From: Chloropicon primus
Taxonomy: Eukaryota
Reading direction: 5' to 3'
Assembly (NCBI GenBank): GCA_023205875.1
Contig: CP060763.1
Span: 186,001-250,000 of the forward strand
Length of the DNA: 64,000 bases
Shown here: positions 48,684 to 59,255 of the stretch, in pieces
How positions within the stretch are numbered: position 1 is the first letter of the stretch
How the letters are laid out: each line of letters opens with the position of its first letter
Made by a program: the position numbers and the translations under genes
Notes under the pieces: generated by a model
What the model was told of the DNA's origin: nothing
What the model saw: the letters and a program-made list of their open reading frames with translations, nothing else
Database searches by the model: none

Positions 48684-51230
48684 ATGGCGTCCGTGGAGGG
48701 GCTCACGAGGGAGGTGGCGGATGCTTGCGAGGCGGAGGAGTGGTGCCGCATTGGGAAGGAGATCGAGGACGCGGTTGCGCGAGGTGAAGCCTACGAGAGG
48801 AAGGTGTGGCTTCCGAAGAAAGCCTTCGTGGAGATGGCATTCGCCACAGGGGATCCGGTGTTTCTGTTCCAGACGGAGGGGAAGGGCCTCGCGATGAAGA
48901 ATTTGTGGACGAGGGTTGCTACGTGGGGCCAAGCGGCCATTGGATCCGGTGCTGGAATTTGTGACCACGGGGTTCTGGCCTCGGCATGGCCCATGGAGAA
49001 GCTGAAGAAGGGGGAAGGTATCGTCTCGAGTGCGGTGAGGAGAGCTTCGGGGTTTGCGGAGGGCAGCCCGATCCAATTCATTCCGCTCAAGGCGCTCCTC
49101 ATGAGGGTTTACACAGCGAGGTCGACCCTCAGACTTAGTCACAAGGTGACAAAGGCCACTTCGGTGGCACTGCAGTTGGTGCCGCGGGGAAAGGGCGACG
49201 ACGAGGCAACGGGCGACGGCGTGGGCGGAGGGAACAAACTCAGTTTCATGAAAGCCTTCGTGAAGCAGATGATAGTCAACAAGTACGTGGGCGTAGGGCT
49301 CCCGATTTACTTCAGCCTGGGTGGCGTGGACCAATTCTTGAGAGTGGCGAGAATAGAGGCCGCAGAGACGGAGCAGAGCACCGAGGACAGCCCGCGCCCA
49401 GTGTTCTTCCTCGTGGATGCAAACACGGAATGCAGGATCGAGAGAGCGGTTCAAGCGGGGGAGTCCTCGAGCAGTGTGCAACTGGGCCAGTCGCACCTGG
49501 AGGAAGTGGTCTCCTCCACACCTGCCAACACGGAACACACGAACGACCTCATTGAACGGTCGCTGAGGAGGGCGGATTACGTGCAGGAGAACGACTTCTC
49601 GAGCCTTGGGGGGCTGAGCAAGGAGATTAAATGCGTCCAGAAGGTCCTGACCGTCCCTTGGAACAACATTTCCAGGTTCAGAGACCTCGGGCTCCACACG
49701 CCGAAGGGCGTGCTCCTGCACGGGCCCCCGGGAACGGGGAAGACGAGGTTGGCCTACGCTGCCGCTCGCGACACGGGCGCCCAGCTGTACGTCCTGAACG
49801 GCCCCGACCTCGTGAGCCAGTACCAGGGAGAGAGCGAGGCGGGTCTGAGGGCAATTTTCGAGTCCGCAAGGAAGAATGAGCCCGCAATCATCTTCATCGA
49901 CGAGATCGACGCCATCGTGCCTTCGAGGGAATCCAATCAGAATCTGGCGGGAGGATCCGCTTTCTCGGACAGGATCACCGCGGAGCTTCTTAGCTTGATG
50001 GACAACGGAATGAACTCCCAGGAGAGGGTGGTGGTGATGGCTGCCACGAACAGAATCGATGCGATCGACAAGTCCGTGCGGCGGCCCGGCCGGTTCGACT
50101 ACGAGATTGAAGTGGGAGTCCCAACCCCAACAGATCGATATGAGATTCTGCAAATTTTCTTGAAGGGCATCCGGCACAGCCTGACAGAGGAGCAGATCCA
50201 GGGCATTTCGCTGAGCACGCACGGCTTCACTGGCGCGGACCTCAAGGCCCTTTGCAACGAGGCCTCCCTGGTCTCAATCGAGGACCTCGCGAAAGACCCG
50301 AGCGTAGATTTGGAGACTTTCTTTGTGAGCCAAGAGCACTTTGAGGCCGCCCAGCGGTCGATCATCCCTTCTGCGATGAGGGAAGTCCTTTTCAGAATAC
50401 CGGACGTCAAGTGGGACGACATCGGGGGCAGGACTGTGCTGAAGAAGAAGCTGAACGAAATCATCACCTTGCAAACCAAGGAAGATTTGTTTGCGGGCCT
50501 GAAGATAAAGCCCCTGAAAGGCATCCTCCTCTATGGCCCGCCAGGCTGCAGCAAAACCATGCTGGTCAAGGCCGTCGCCTCCCAGTCGAACTTGAATTTC
50601 ATCAACGTGAAGGGCCCGGAGCTGCTGAACAAGTACGTCGGAGAGAGTGAGAAGGCTATCAGAACCATTTTCTCTAGGGCCAAGGCGGCCGCGCCCTCGA
50701 TCATTTTTATTGATGAGATCGACGGTCTCGTCACGGGGAGGTCGTCCGAAACCAGCGTCACTCAGAACCGGGTGCTGACGCAGCTGCTGACGGAAATTGA
50801 CAACATAAGCTACAAGCACAGAGTAGCAATTATTGGAGCAACAAACAGGCCGGACAGGCTTGACCTTGCGATACTCAGGCCGGGGCGGTTCGATTGGCTT
50901 CTCTACGTCCCGCCGCCTGATGAGGGAGAGAGAAGGGCTGTCCTGAACTGCTTGTTTGCCAAGACTCCAGTGGAGCCCTCGGGGGACCTGGACAGCATTT
51001 GCAGCCACTACGCAGCCCTGAGCGAAGGGTATTCGCCAGCCGACTTGCTGGCTGTCGTGAGGCAAGCAGCCATACAGGCGATAGAAGAAGATTTCAGTGC
51101 GAGTGCGATCCGGGCGAGCCATCTGGAGAGGGCCATGGCGACCGTCCAACCAAGTCTGTTGAATTTGGACGCGGACTTGCAGGACATGTACAAAAAGTTT
51201 GAAAGAAGCGCAGGCACGCTAGGGGTGTAA
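48684..51230 (+). CDS. Type II AAA+ ATPase, AFG2/SPATA5 (CDC48-like)
   Basis: Two AAA modules: GPPGTGKT/IIFIDEID/RRPGRFD and GPPGCSKT/IIFIDEID/LRPGRFD; GCSKT in D2 is typical of AFG2-type proteins. Confidence 0.9.
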   Translation: MASVEGLTREVADACEAEEWCRIGKEIEDAVARGEAYERKVWLPKKAFVEMAFATGDPVFLFQTEGKGLAMKNLWTRVATWGQAAIGSGAGICDHGVLASAWPMEKLKKGEGIVSSAVRRASGFAEGSPIQFIPLKALLMRVYTARSTLRLSHKVTKATSVALQLVPRGKGDDEATGDGVGGGNKLSFMKAFVKQMIVNKYVGVGLPIYFSLGGVDQFLRVARIEAAETEQSTEDSPRPVFFLVDANTECRIERAVQAGESSSSVQLGQSHLEEVVSSTPANTEHTNDLIERSLRRADYVQENDFSSLGGLSKEIKCVQKVLTVPWNNISRFRDLGLHTPKGVLLHGPPGTGKTRLAYAAARDTGAQLYVLNGPDLVSQYQGESEAGLRAIFESARKNEPAIIFIDEIDAIVPSRESNQNLAGGSAFSDRITAELLSLMDNGMNSQERVVVMAATNRIDAIDKSVRRPGRFDYEIEVGVPTPTDRYEILQIFLKGIRHSLTEEQIQGISLSTHGFTGADLKALCNEASLVSIEDLAKDPSVDLETFFVSQEHFEAAQRSIIPSAMREVLFRIPDVKWDDIGGRTVLKKKLNEIITLQTKEDLFAGLKIKPLKGILLYGPPGCSKTMLVKAVASQSNLNFINVKGPELLNKYVGESEKAIRTIFSRAKAAAPSIIFIDEIDGLVTGRSSETSVTQNRVLTQLLTEIDNISYKHRVAIIGATNRPDRLDLAILRPGRFDWLLYVPPPDEGERRAVLNCLFAKTPVEPSGDLDSICSHYAALSEGYSPADLLAVVRQAAIQAIEEDFSASAIRASHLERAMATVQPSLLNLDADLQDMYKKFERSAGTLGV

Positions 51231-51257
51231 ATAAATTTGATTTATTTTATAATAATG

Positions 51258-51911
51258 AGAGAAGGCAAAACATGGCACACGGGGAGACTAAAGAGTGATG
51301 ATATTTGTAACTACATTTTGCTTATACAGCTTGCTTGCTCGCCTAAACTCTCCCTCCTCACTCTTCCTGCTTGACCTTGACGATGGAAGGGGCCGTCTTG
51401 CTTCGTGTTCTCTTCGACGACGGACGACGAGGAGCCTTGCAGAGCCCGACCTCTTCCAGGTATTCCCTCTTCACAATGCATTGTTCCTTGTCGCTCAGCG
51501 TAAGAGATGCGTCCACAAAGATGATCCTCAACGCCTCGTTGTAGTCCGCGATCTCTCTCTTCTTCTCCGGGGACTTGCTGTCATAACGCTGGGCCTCCTG
51601 CACGGCTTCGGCGTACTCCTCCTCCGTCATGAGGCCGGACTCGAGAACCTCTCTCAAATCCAAAGCATAGGGAGAGGGAGAAGGAGAACTCATCGTCTTC
51701 GTGTTGTTGATGGTGGTGGTGGCGTTGGAATTCTGCTCATTGAGGTTGTTGGCGGTTGATCGATTCAAGGATTCCTTGGCAATGGCATATGTTCCACGTT
51801 CAGTGCGAACAAAGCGAGGGCTCTTTGAGCAAACACCCCTGACAGTGGTCAGCATTTCGCTTCATCAGTAGAAACAGAAACAGAACCATCTCTCCGCCTG
51901 AACACATATAG
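51258..51911 (-). pseudogene. 5'-truncated duplicate of the 57340-58812 gene, including its 3' UTR
   Basis: Near-identical to ~57241-57805 over ~565 bp, then a divergent, frame-disrupted partial HTH repeat. Confidence 0.85.
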
Positions 51912-52002
51912 GCGAAGGTGAAAGGGGGATGGAGAGGGGGACGACGAGGGCAAGGGGCAAGGGGGAAGTGAAAGTTGTCTTGATGATTCTTTTTATTATT
52001 TT

Positions 52003-53748
52003 TTAACGTTTGGCAAACACCCCATAGAGCTCCATGAGGATCTTTTTGCCCTCCAATCTTGGGATGGGCTCTTGAGCCGGAGCTGACCCCAGGGCAAAAT
52101 TGTTTGTCCCGCCGGCTTCCTTGAACGTGGACCACGTTGCGAGACCGTCGCCGTTTGGGTTTCCTTTGCTCGCAAAATTTTTCCAAAACTCTTGAATGTC
52201 ACCCATCAAAGCCTCGCTCGTCACAGGAAATGGGAATGCGCCTTTGAACAGATACTTTTGCCCTCCCCACACGTAGGGGAGGTCAGCACCGTGCGGAACT
52301 CCAAACACCGCAGCAACGTCCGGTGGCGGTGGTTGCTTAAACAAGTACAAGTACGATGGTAATCCTTGCTGGGCCCACATTCTAGCTGCCTCATACGCGG
52401 GTGCCGCGAACGTTGCGTCCGTGAACATGTTCTCGATGCTCGTGGTCAGATTCTTTGATGGATACACCTCCAAGAGGTCCTTGGATCTGCCCTTGAAGAC
52501 TTGGGCCAGAAGTGACTCGTATTGCTCAGAATTTGTGACCTTCCCCGGGGGGAAGAGGATCTCCATGTATGTAAGAAGCGGCCATGGGTTGGCGTTGACA
52601 AAAAGACTTCCGTCGTCCTCATTCGTTCCGACCAAGATTGGAACTTGCATGTTGTCTCCATTCTCGACAGCTTGGAAGAAAGGGGTGCTCAGGCTGACGT
52701 CGTCCATGTACATGATGGTCTCTCTCGTCGCTGGCCATTCCTTCAGGATTGAACTGGTGGGAAGGCGGCGGAGACTCTGCAGCTGGTCAGGGCCCTTGGG
52801 TGCCCCCATGGCGACCCCTGTTTCGATGTAGGCTTCATGGACGACGCTCATGTTCACTCCAGGTGGAGCGATCTTCGAGAAGTCAGCACTCTGCATGATG
52901 GCACCCTTGAACAATTCTCCATCGGTGGCGGGGGACACGAGGAGGGCGGCCACCGAAGACCCGCCGGCGCTCTCCCCAAAGACGACCACGTTATCGGGAT
53001 CACCGCCGAAGACATCGATGTTATCCCTTACCCATTCCAGAGCCTTGATCTGGTCCAGGAGACCAAGGTTCGTTCCCTCGGTGAGCGACGGATGCGCAAA
53101 GTATCCGAACGCTCCCACTCTGTAGTTGAAAGTAACCAGGACCACATCTCGCAGCAAACCACCCGGAAGGTAGTCGCTCGCTCTGCCCCAGGTCAGATCT
53201 CCGCCGTATACCCACACCAGCACGGGCTTCGTGCCGTTCACGGAGGGCGTGAAAACGTTCAGAAACAGGCATTCCTCGGATTGAACAGACTCGTTGAAGC
53301 GAAGGTAGGAAGGCTCCGGGGCTCCCGTCAAGGCCGCTAACCTCTCAAAACCCTCGTACAAGCCCTCTGCGTCCTGTGGGCAGCTCGGGCCGAATTCCCT
53401 CGCATCGAGGGGCTTGTCCCAGAAGTAGGGCTCTGGGTCTTGCGGAGGCCTCCAGCGATTCTCTCCCGCGGTGTCAGCGCCGTACGGTATCCCCAAGAAC
53501 GACACCAAGGAAGAAGAGTTCTGGCGGTAACCAATAATTTTTCCCTCGAAGGTCTCCACCTCCACGCTGGATTCGGCTCGAGCTCCAACGACGAGAAGCA
53601 CCAGGGCAACACCAAAGAAGGAGAGGCTCCTCCTCCTCCTCTCATCGCTCGTCGTCGCCAGGGTTGGTAACCACGTAGTCCACGTGTTTTTGACCGAAAA
53701 CTCTACGCGATTACCAAGCCTGGTCGTCGCCATCTTCACTCGGCGCAT
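52003..53748 (-). CDS. Type-B carboxylesterase/lipase, secreted or membrane-anchored
   Basis: FLGIPYG, SEECLFLNV, NYRVG..G, GLLDQ..AL.WV..NI..FGGDP.NV, nucleophile GESAG and catalytic H in PHGADL. Confidence 0.95.
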   Translation of the reverse strand: MRRVKMATTRLGNRVEFSVKNTWTTWLPTLATTSDERRRRSLSFFGVALVLLVVGARAESSVEVETFEGKIIGYRQNSSSLVSFLGIPYGADTAGENRWRPPQDPEPYFWDKPLDAREFGPSCPQDAEGLYEGFERLAALTGAPEPSYLRFNESVQSEECLFLNVFTPSVNGTKPVLVWVYGGDLTWGRASDYLPGGLLRDVVLVTFNYRVGAFGYFAHPSLTEGTNLGLLDQIKALEWVRDNIDVFGGDPDNVVVFGESAGGSSVAALLVSPATDGELFKGAIMQSADFSKIAPPGVNMSVVHEAYIETGVAMGAPKGPDQLQSLRRLPTSSILKEWPATRETIMYMDDVSLSTPFFQAVENGDNMQVPILVGTNEDDGSLFVNANPWPLLTYMEILFPPGKVTNSEQYESLLAQVFKGRSKDLLEVYPSKNLTTSIENMFTDATFAAPAYEAARMWAQQGLPSYLYLFKQPPPPDVAAVFGVPHGADLPYVWGGQKYLFKGAFPFPVTSEALMGDIQEFWKNFASKGNPNGDGLATWSTFKEAGGTNNFALGSAPAQEPIPRLEGKKILMELYGVFAKR

Positions 53749-54212
53749 CCCTCTGGCCTGCCACGTTCGCTCTCTCTCTCCCTCTCGACGGTTATCTCTT
53801 CTGGTGGGTTTCTCCCTTCCGCTGAATCATAACGGGCGAGCACGAGGGCGAACGAGGACGAGATGAGCACGAGACGAGAGAAGGAGGAACGGAGAGCGCT
53901 CGTCGGAGGAAAAGAGAGAGGCATAGGACCGGACAGAAGGAAGCGTCGTGTTTTGCGCTTTCGAAAGAGCCGTCGTGCGAAAGAAACGACCCAGTGGTGA
54001 GGATCTGACGACACGAAACGAGAGAGAGAGGCAGAAAGAGATCGAGGAGTAGAACACCGAGGAGGGGAGGCGACTACGAGGGCGGGAGTTTGTGCCGGAG
54101 GGTTTTCGAGTGATAGAGGGGCGGAAGTAGCGTCTCTTGCTCTTTTGAGCGAGCCCTTGCGCGACAAGAACGACCCATTGGTGAGGATCATCTGAGGTGC
54201 ACGGACGTGAAG

Positions 54213-55094
54213 ATGGAGGAGACGATGGAGAGCAAGAGGCAGAGGAGGGAGGGCAGGGATGCACTGGACGTGCTGCCGGCGTGGGCGTGGCTCCTGGTCT
54301 TGAAGCAACTGGACGACTACGACCGGATCGCTTTCGGGTTGACCTGCAGGACGTTCCTCGAGGCGGTGACGATGATGACGCCGTCGAACCCTGAGCTGAA
54401 GAAGGTTGCTCTGAAGACGGACCTGAAGAAAGAGAGGTTGTTCAAGAAGATGTCTTGCTTCAGTTTGGGTTGGTTCTAGTGGGTGTTTCGGTCGTTCAAA
54501 AGGAGGAAGGGAGCACCGGGTGACCGGTACTACGACCACTTGTGCGACGTTGACCTGATCCACCTCGCCGCTTTCCAGGGCAGCAAGAAGGTGATGGAGT
54601 GGTTGGTAAGCCAAGGGATCCCTTTGGGTATCAAGCGCTGGTGGTCTGGAGCAGCTGCTACAGGAGCTGCTGGAGGAGGTCACATTGAGTTGCTGGAATG
54701 GTTGAGGAGCGAGGGGTGCGGGTTTGATGAAGAGACTTGTTCTTATGCAGCTCGGGGAGGTCACCTTGAGGTTCTGAAGTGGCTCCGAAGCCAGGACCCG
54801 CCTTGTGATTGGAACGAGGCGACTTGTGATGGGGCAGCTATATATGGTCACCTTGATGTTCTGCAGTGGCTTCGAAGCCAGGATCCACCTTGCCCTTGGG
54901 ACGACGAGACTTGTAAAGAGGCAGCTCGAGGAGGTCACCTCGAAGTTCTGAAGTGGGCTCGAAGCCAGGACCCGCCTTGCGATTGGGACAAGTGGACTTG
55001 TACATTGGCAGCTAAAGGAGGTCACCTTGAGGTTCTGCAGTGGGCTCGAAGCTAGGACCCGCCTTGCCCTTGGAACGAGGACGGGCCTGGTTGA
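54213..55094 (+). pseudogene. F-box-like plus ankyrin-repeat gene with two in-frame TAG stops
   Basis: 30-aa repeats AARGGHLEVLKWLRSQDPPC.W; TAG at 54477-54479 and 55053-55055; repeat similarity continues after the second stop. Confidence 0.8.
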
Positions 55095-55466
55095 TGGACC
55101 GGTCCGAATAATGATTGGAACGAAAGTTTCTCAACAGAAACGAAGCCCTTGCCCATGTTCCAATTTTCTGCTCTTCCTCTTCTTCTTCTTCCCTCCTTAT
55201 CCCACCTCGCTGGAGACCGAAAGAGAGATCCAAGAGCAGAGTAACTCATTCCCCTGTGTTCGTGTTCTCACACGAGGAACGATGCCTCTCCCACAAACAT
55301 GAAGGCTGCCTCCCTTGGTTCCCTTCGTTCCCCCCCTGAGATCAAAGATCTCGTGGAGGAGAGAGGATCTGGAGAAGGGAGGGGATTGTGAGGAGGACTC
55401 CACTCCACGCGGATAACTCTCGCTCGCGCTCTCTAGAGCAGAGCAGAGCAGAGAGGAAGACAGAGG

Positions 55467-57188
55467 ATGAGGATGATGGTTCGCGTGACGTCGTGCCGGA
55501 AGGAGGCGAGGTGCATCGCTGCCCGTGCCAATGCCACCACCAGCTCGTCGTCATCAGGGCCCAAGGTGGCGATCGTCGGCGCGGGTTGGGCTGGCTTCGG
55601 TGCAGCGAAAGGACTCTGCGAAGCGTTGGAGGGAAGCGGGGCACAGGTGACGCTCCTCGACTCGATTCCGGATCCCACAGGACGCACGAAGATGGTGACT
55701 GCATCGGGGAAACCGTTCGAAGCCGGGCAGAGAGGATTTTGGAAAGATTACCCGAACATTAACCGCCTGGTTGCTGAACTTGGGCTCCAGGAGTCCGAAA
55801 TCTTCACAGAGTTCACTGGATCCGCCTTCTACTCCCCTGATGGGCTGGAGGCCACGGCTCCTGTGTTTGGCGACGCTCCAGAGTTCCCGAGTCCATTTGG
55901 TCAGGTCCTGGCCACGTTTGACAACTTCAAGAGGCTTCCGGTGTCGGACCGAGCGACGATGCTTGGCCTGTTGCTGGCCACTTTAGACCTCTACAGGGAT
56001 GAGGCGACCTTTGAGCGGTACGACAGGATGACAGCGGCGGAGCTCTTCGAGCGGTGCGGGATGAGCAAGCGCCTCGTGGATGAATTCGTCGCACCTACCC
56101 TTCGGGTGGGTCTTTTCAAGGACCCCAGCGAGCTCAGCGCGGCGGTGTCCATGGAGCTGTTGTATTACTACGCTCTGGCTCACCAGAACTCGTTCGACGT
56201 GCGTTGGATCAAGAGGGGATCCATCGCGGAGTCGATCATTCTGCCGATGGCGGATCGATTGGTGCAGAGGAACGGGCTCGCCATCCGAGGCAGCTCCCGC
56301 GTCAATGGGGTAGACTTCGATGCAGCATCGGGACGGGTGAACGCGGTGAGGTTCACCGATTACTCGAGCGGCAGTCCAGTGGAAGGGGTTCTAGACGATC
56401 TCGACGCGGTCGTCCTCGCCCTTGGGGCGAAGGGGATGAAAGCGGTCATGAGCGGGAGCCCAAACCTACAAAATGCAGCGCCCGAGCTTGTGAGGGCATC
56501 ACAGCAAGACGCCATTGATGTCGTGGCTTGCCGCCTGTGGCTGGACAAAAAGGTTCCAACATTGGAGCCCGCGAACGTCTTCAGCAGGTTCGAGGGCTTG
56601 AGGGGCGCGGGGGGAACCTTCTTCATGCTCGATCAGCTTCAGAAGGACAGCGAAGCGGAGCTATGGGCCGGCGATGAGATCCAGGGCTCGGTCCTGGCTT
56701 GCGATTTTTACGGAGCCGACAGGCTTATGGCGTTGGACGACGAGGGAATCCTGCGATTGCTGATGGAGGAGCTCCTTCCCGCGGCGGAGCCCGGGTTTGG
56801 TGGCGCCAAGGCCGTGGACTGGGAGGTCAGGAGGTACCCCGGCGCGGTGAGCTGGTTCTCCCCCGGCTCGTTCAGCAGCAGACCGCCACTCGAGACGTCC
56901 GTCAGGAATCTAATGTGCGCCGGCGATTGGGTTCGCATGGGGGATCGCGAGCACGGGTCCAAGGGCCTCTGCCAGGAGAGAGCCTTCGTCTCGGGCCTGG
57001 AGGCAGCCAACGCGCTCCTCGGCAACGGCTCCTTGGGTTCCTCTGGCAGAAACGCCAACCGAGCCACCGTCTTGCCCGTCCGCGACGACGAGCCGCAAGT
57101 CGTTCTGGGCAGACAACTGAACAACGCCAAGTGGGGTGCATTGGCTTCCTTGGGTATCGACCCACCGTGGCTCTCAAGTGAGCAGTGA
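55467..57188 (+). CDS. FAD-dependent oxidoreductase (amine oxidase/carotenoid-desaturase-like family), probably plastid-targeted
   Basis: KVAIVGAGWAG Rossmann motif, GFWKDYPNI and AGDWV...CQERAFVSGLEAAN. Confidence 0.9.
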   Translation: MRMMVRVTSCRKEARCIAARANATTSSSSSGPKVAIVGAGWAGFGAAKGLCEALEGSGAQVTLLDSIPDPTGRTKMVTASGKPFEAGQRGFWKDYPNINRLVAELGLQESEIFTEFTGSAFYSPDGLEATAPVFGDAPEFPSPFGQVLATFDNFKRLPVSDRATMLGLLLATLDLYRDEATFERYDRMTAAELFERCGMSKRLVDEFVAPTLRVGLFKDPSELSAAVSMELLYYYALAHQNSFDVRWIKRGSIAESIILPMADRLVQRNGLAIRGSSRVNGVDFDAASGRVNAVRFTDYSSGSPVEGVLDDLDAVVLALGAKGMKAVMSGSPNLQNAAPELVRASQQDAIDVVACRLWLDKKVPTLEPANVFSRFEGLRGAGGTFFMLDQLQKDSEAELWAGDEIQGSVLACDFYGADRLMALDDEGILRLLMEELLPAAEPGFGGAKAVDWEVRRYPGAVSWFSPGSFSSRPPLETSVRNLMCAGDWVRMGDREHGSKGLCQERAFVSGLEAANALLGNGSLGSSGRNANRATVLPVRDDEPQVVLGRQLNNAKWGALASLGIDPPWLSSEQ

Positions 57189-57339
57189 TCAAAGAGAAAC
57201 GCTCGATCCGATCCACCTCCTGATGATCATGATGATGGATGAGAAGGCAAAACATGGCACACGGGGAGACTAAAGAGTGATGATATTTGTAACTACATTT
57301 TGCTTATACAGCTTGCTTGCTCGCCTAAACTCTCCCTCC

Positions 57340-58812
57340 TCACTCTTCCTGCTTGACCTTGACGATGGAAGGGGCCGTCTTGCTTCGTGTTCTCTTCGAC
57401 GACGGACGACGAGGAGCCTTGCAGAGCCCGACCTCTTCCAGGTATTCCCTCTTCACAATGCGTTGTTCCTTGTCGCTCAGCGTAAGAGATGCGTCCACAA
57501 AGATGATCCTCAACGCCTCGTTGTAGTCCGCGATCTCTCTCTTCTTCTCCGGGGACTTGCTGTCATAACGCTGGGCCTCCTGCACGGCTTCGGCGTACTC
57601 CTCCTCCGTCATGAGGCCGGACTCGAGAACCTCTCTCAAATCCAAAGCATAGGGAGAGGGAGAAGGAGAACTCATCGTCTTCGTGTTGTTGTTGTTGGTG
57701 GTGGCGTTGGAATTCTGCTCATTGAGGTTGTCGGCGGATGATCGATTCAAGGATTCCTTGGCAATGGCATATGTTCCACGTTCAGTGCGAACAAAGCGGG
57801 GGCTCCTGATACAACCAGACCTGACACAGTGCAGCATTCTCTCCAGATCAGTAGAAACAGAACCATCCATACGCCTAAACACATGTAGCTTCTTCGCCCG
57901 GATCCGGGCAAAGATCTCTTCGTAGTGCAAGCTTCCTCCCGCTTCTTGAAGAACGCGGTAGATGGCATCCCGAAGCGGGGAGGTGCTGACAGCAACTTGA
58001 GTATTGGACCCATTCAAGTATTTCTTGGCAATGGCATATGTTCCCAGGGCAGTGCGAACAAAGCGGGGGTTCCGGCTACAAACAGTGTTGACACTGGCTC
58101 GCATTTTCTTCGGATCATTAGAAACAGAGCCATCTCTCCGCCTGAACACATACAACTTCTTGGCCCGGATCCGGCCAAGGATCTCTTTGGCGCGCAAGCT
58201 CCCTCCCGCATCTTGAAGAACGCGATAGATGGCATCCCGAAGCGGTGAGGTGCCAGGCGCACCTTGAGTATTGGACCCATTCAAGTATTTCTTGGCAATG
58301 GCATATCTTCCGTATGCAGTGCGAACGAAGAAGGGGCTCTTTATACAAGCAGAGCTGACACAGTGCCGCATTCTCTCCAGATCAGTACAGACAGAACGAT
58401 CCCGACGCCTGAACACATATAGCTTCTTGGCCCGGATCCGATCAAGGATCTCTTTGACCTGCAAGCTCTTTCCCGCATCTTGAAGAACGAGATAGATGGC
58501 ATCCACAAGAGTTCTCTTTCCATTCCTAGTCTTGCTAGGACGTGCGTTGCCTCTCATCATAGTCACCTCTGCTGGCTCAGGCTGAAAAGACGAACCCGCA
58601 CCACCACTATCCTCCTCACTGTCACTCTCCTCTTCGATGATCGTCGTAGAGCCCGTCACGAAGCTCGCCAAACACTCTCCGTCCACGTCCATGTCCATGG
58701 CACCTGGGGACAACCCTCCCTTGTCGTCACCACCGGCGACGGCCCTCGCCGCGATCATCGCCGCCGTCGACCTGGTGCGTGTCCAGCGTCTCTGTCTCGT
58801 GGGACGCCTCAT
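57340..58812 (-). CDS. Protein with three tandem HARE-HTH-like winged-helix domains and a SHOCT-like motif
   Basis: Three ~89-aa (267-bp) repeats L.DAIY.VLQ.AG.SL...EI..RIRAKKL...FVRT..G.YAI; LREVLESGLMTEEEY near the C-terminus. Start uncertain. Confidence 0.75.
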   Translation of the reverse strand: MRRPTRQRRWTRTRSTAAMIAARAVAGGDDKGGLSPGAMDMDVDGECLASFVTGSTTIIEEESDSEEDSGGAGSSFQPEPAEVTMMRGNARPSKTRNGKRTLVDAIYLVLQDAGKSLQVKEILDRIRAKKLYVFRRRDRSVCTDLERMRHCVSSACIKSPFFVRTAYGRYAIAKKYLNGSNTQGAPGTSPLRDAIYRVLQDAGGSLRAKEILGRIRAKKLYVFRRRDGSVSNDPKKMRASVNTVCSRNPRFVRTALGTYAIAKKYLNGSNTQVAVSTSPLRDAIYRVLQEAGGSLHYEEIFARIRAKKLHVFRRMDGSVSTDLERMLHCVRSGCIRSPRFVRTERGTYAIAKESLNRSSADNLNEQNSNATTNNNNTKTMSSPSPSPYALDLREVLESGLMTEEEYAEAVQEAQRYDSKSPEKKREIADYNEALRIIFVDASLTLSDKEQRIVKREYLEEVGLCKAPRRPSSKRTRSKTAPSIVKVKQEE

Positions 58813-59255
58813 GATGGAATACAACACCGCACAACACTGCACAGCTCCACGAAGACTGCCCTTCTCTTCCTCTTCACGAACCGAGCCAACAACTCACAAA
58901 ACAAACTTCGAGGCAACCTCCTCTAAACGCCTAGAGTCGTAGCAAAGAGCGAGCGAGCGAGAGGACCACTCCGTGCGCCAAAACCTTCAACCGAGGTGTC
59001 AATCGAAAGCCCTTGAGACGCGCTTCCGTTCTTTCAACACCTCCTCCCCTTCGCCGTCCCCGTCCGTGCACAAAGTCCTCGACAACAACACCTTCCCTCT
59101 CCCTTGTTGTGCGACGAACCCGGGCGTTACTTCTCACTCCCGTTTTCAACTCCTTATCTTCTTCTTCTAGGGTTTCGTGGCGGAAAATCTTGCAGGGGAA
59201 CCAGGAGGGGATGACGACGAAGGGCAAGAGGGAAGAGGTTTAGAGGTTGAGAGAC

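Noticed and set aside
54477..55055. Genome-wide TAG/TAA=Gln recoding
   Set aside because: Conserved genes here end at TAA at their expected C-termini (SelO SCSS-TAA, Y3IP1) and no other gene needs read-through. A-to-I editing would give Trp, not Gln.
51258..57860. LTR retrotransposon
   Set aside because: The repeats are gene 3' ends, with no TG...CA termini, primer-binding site, or gag/pol between them.
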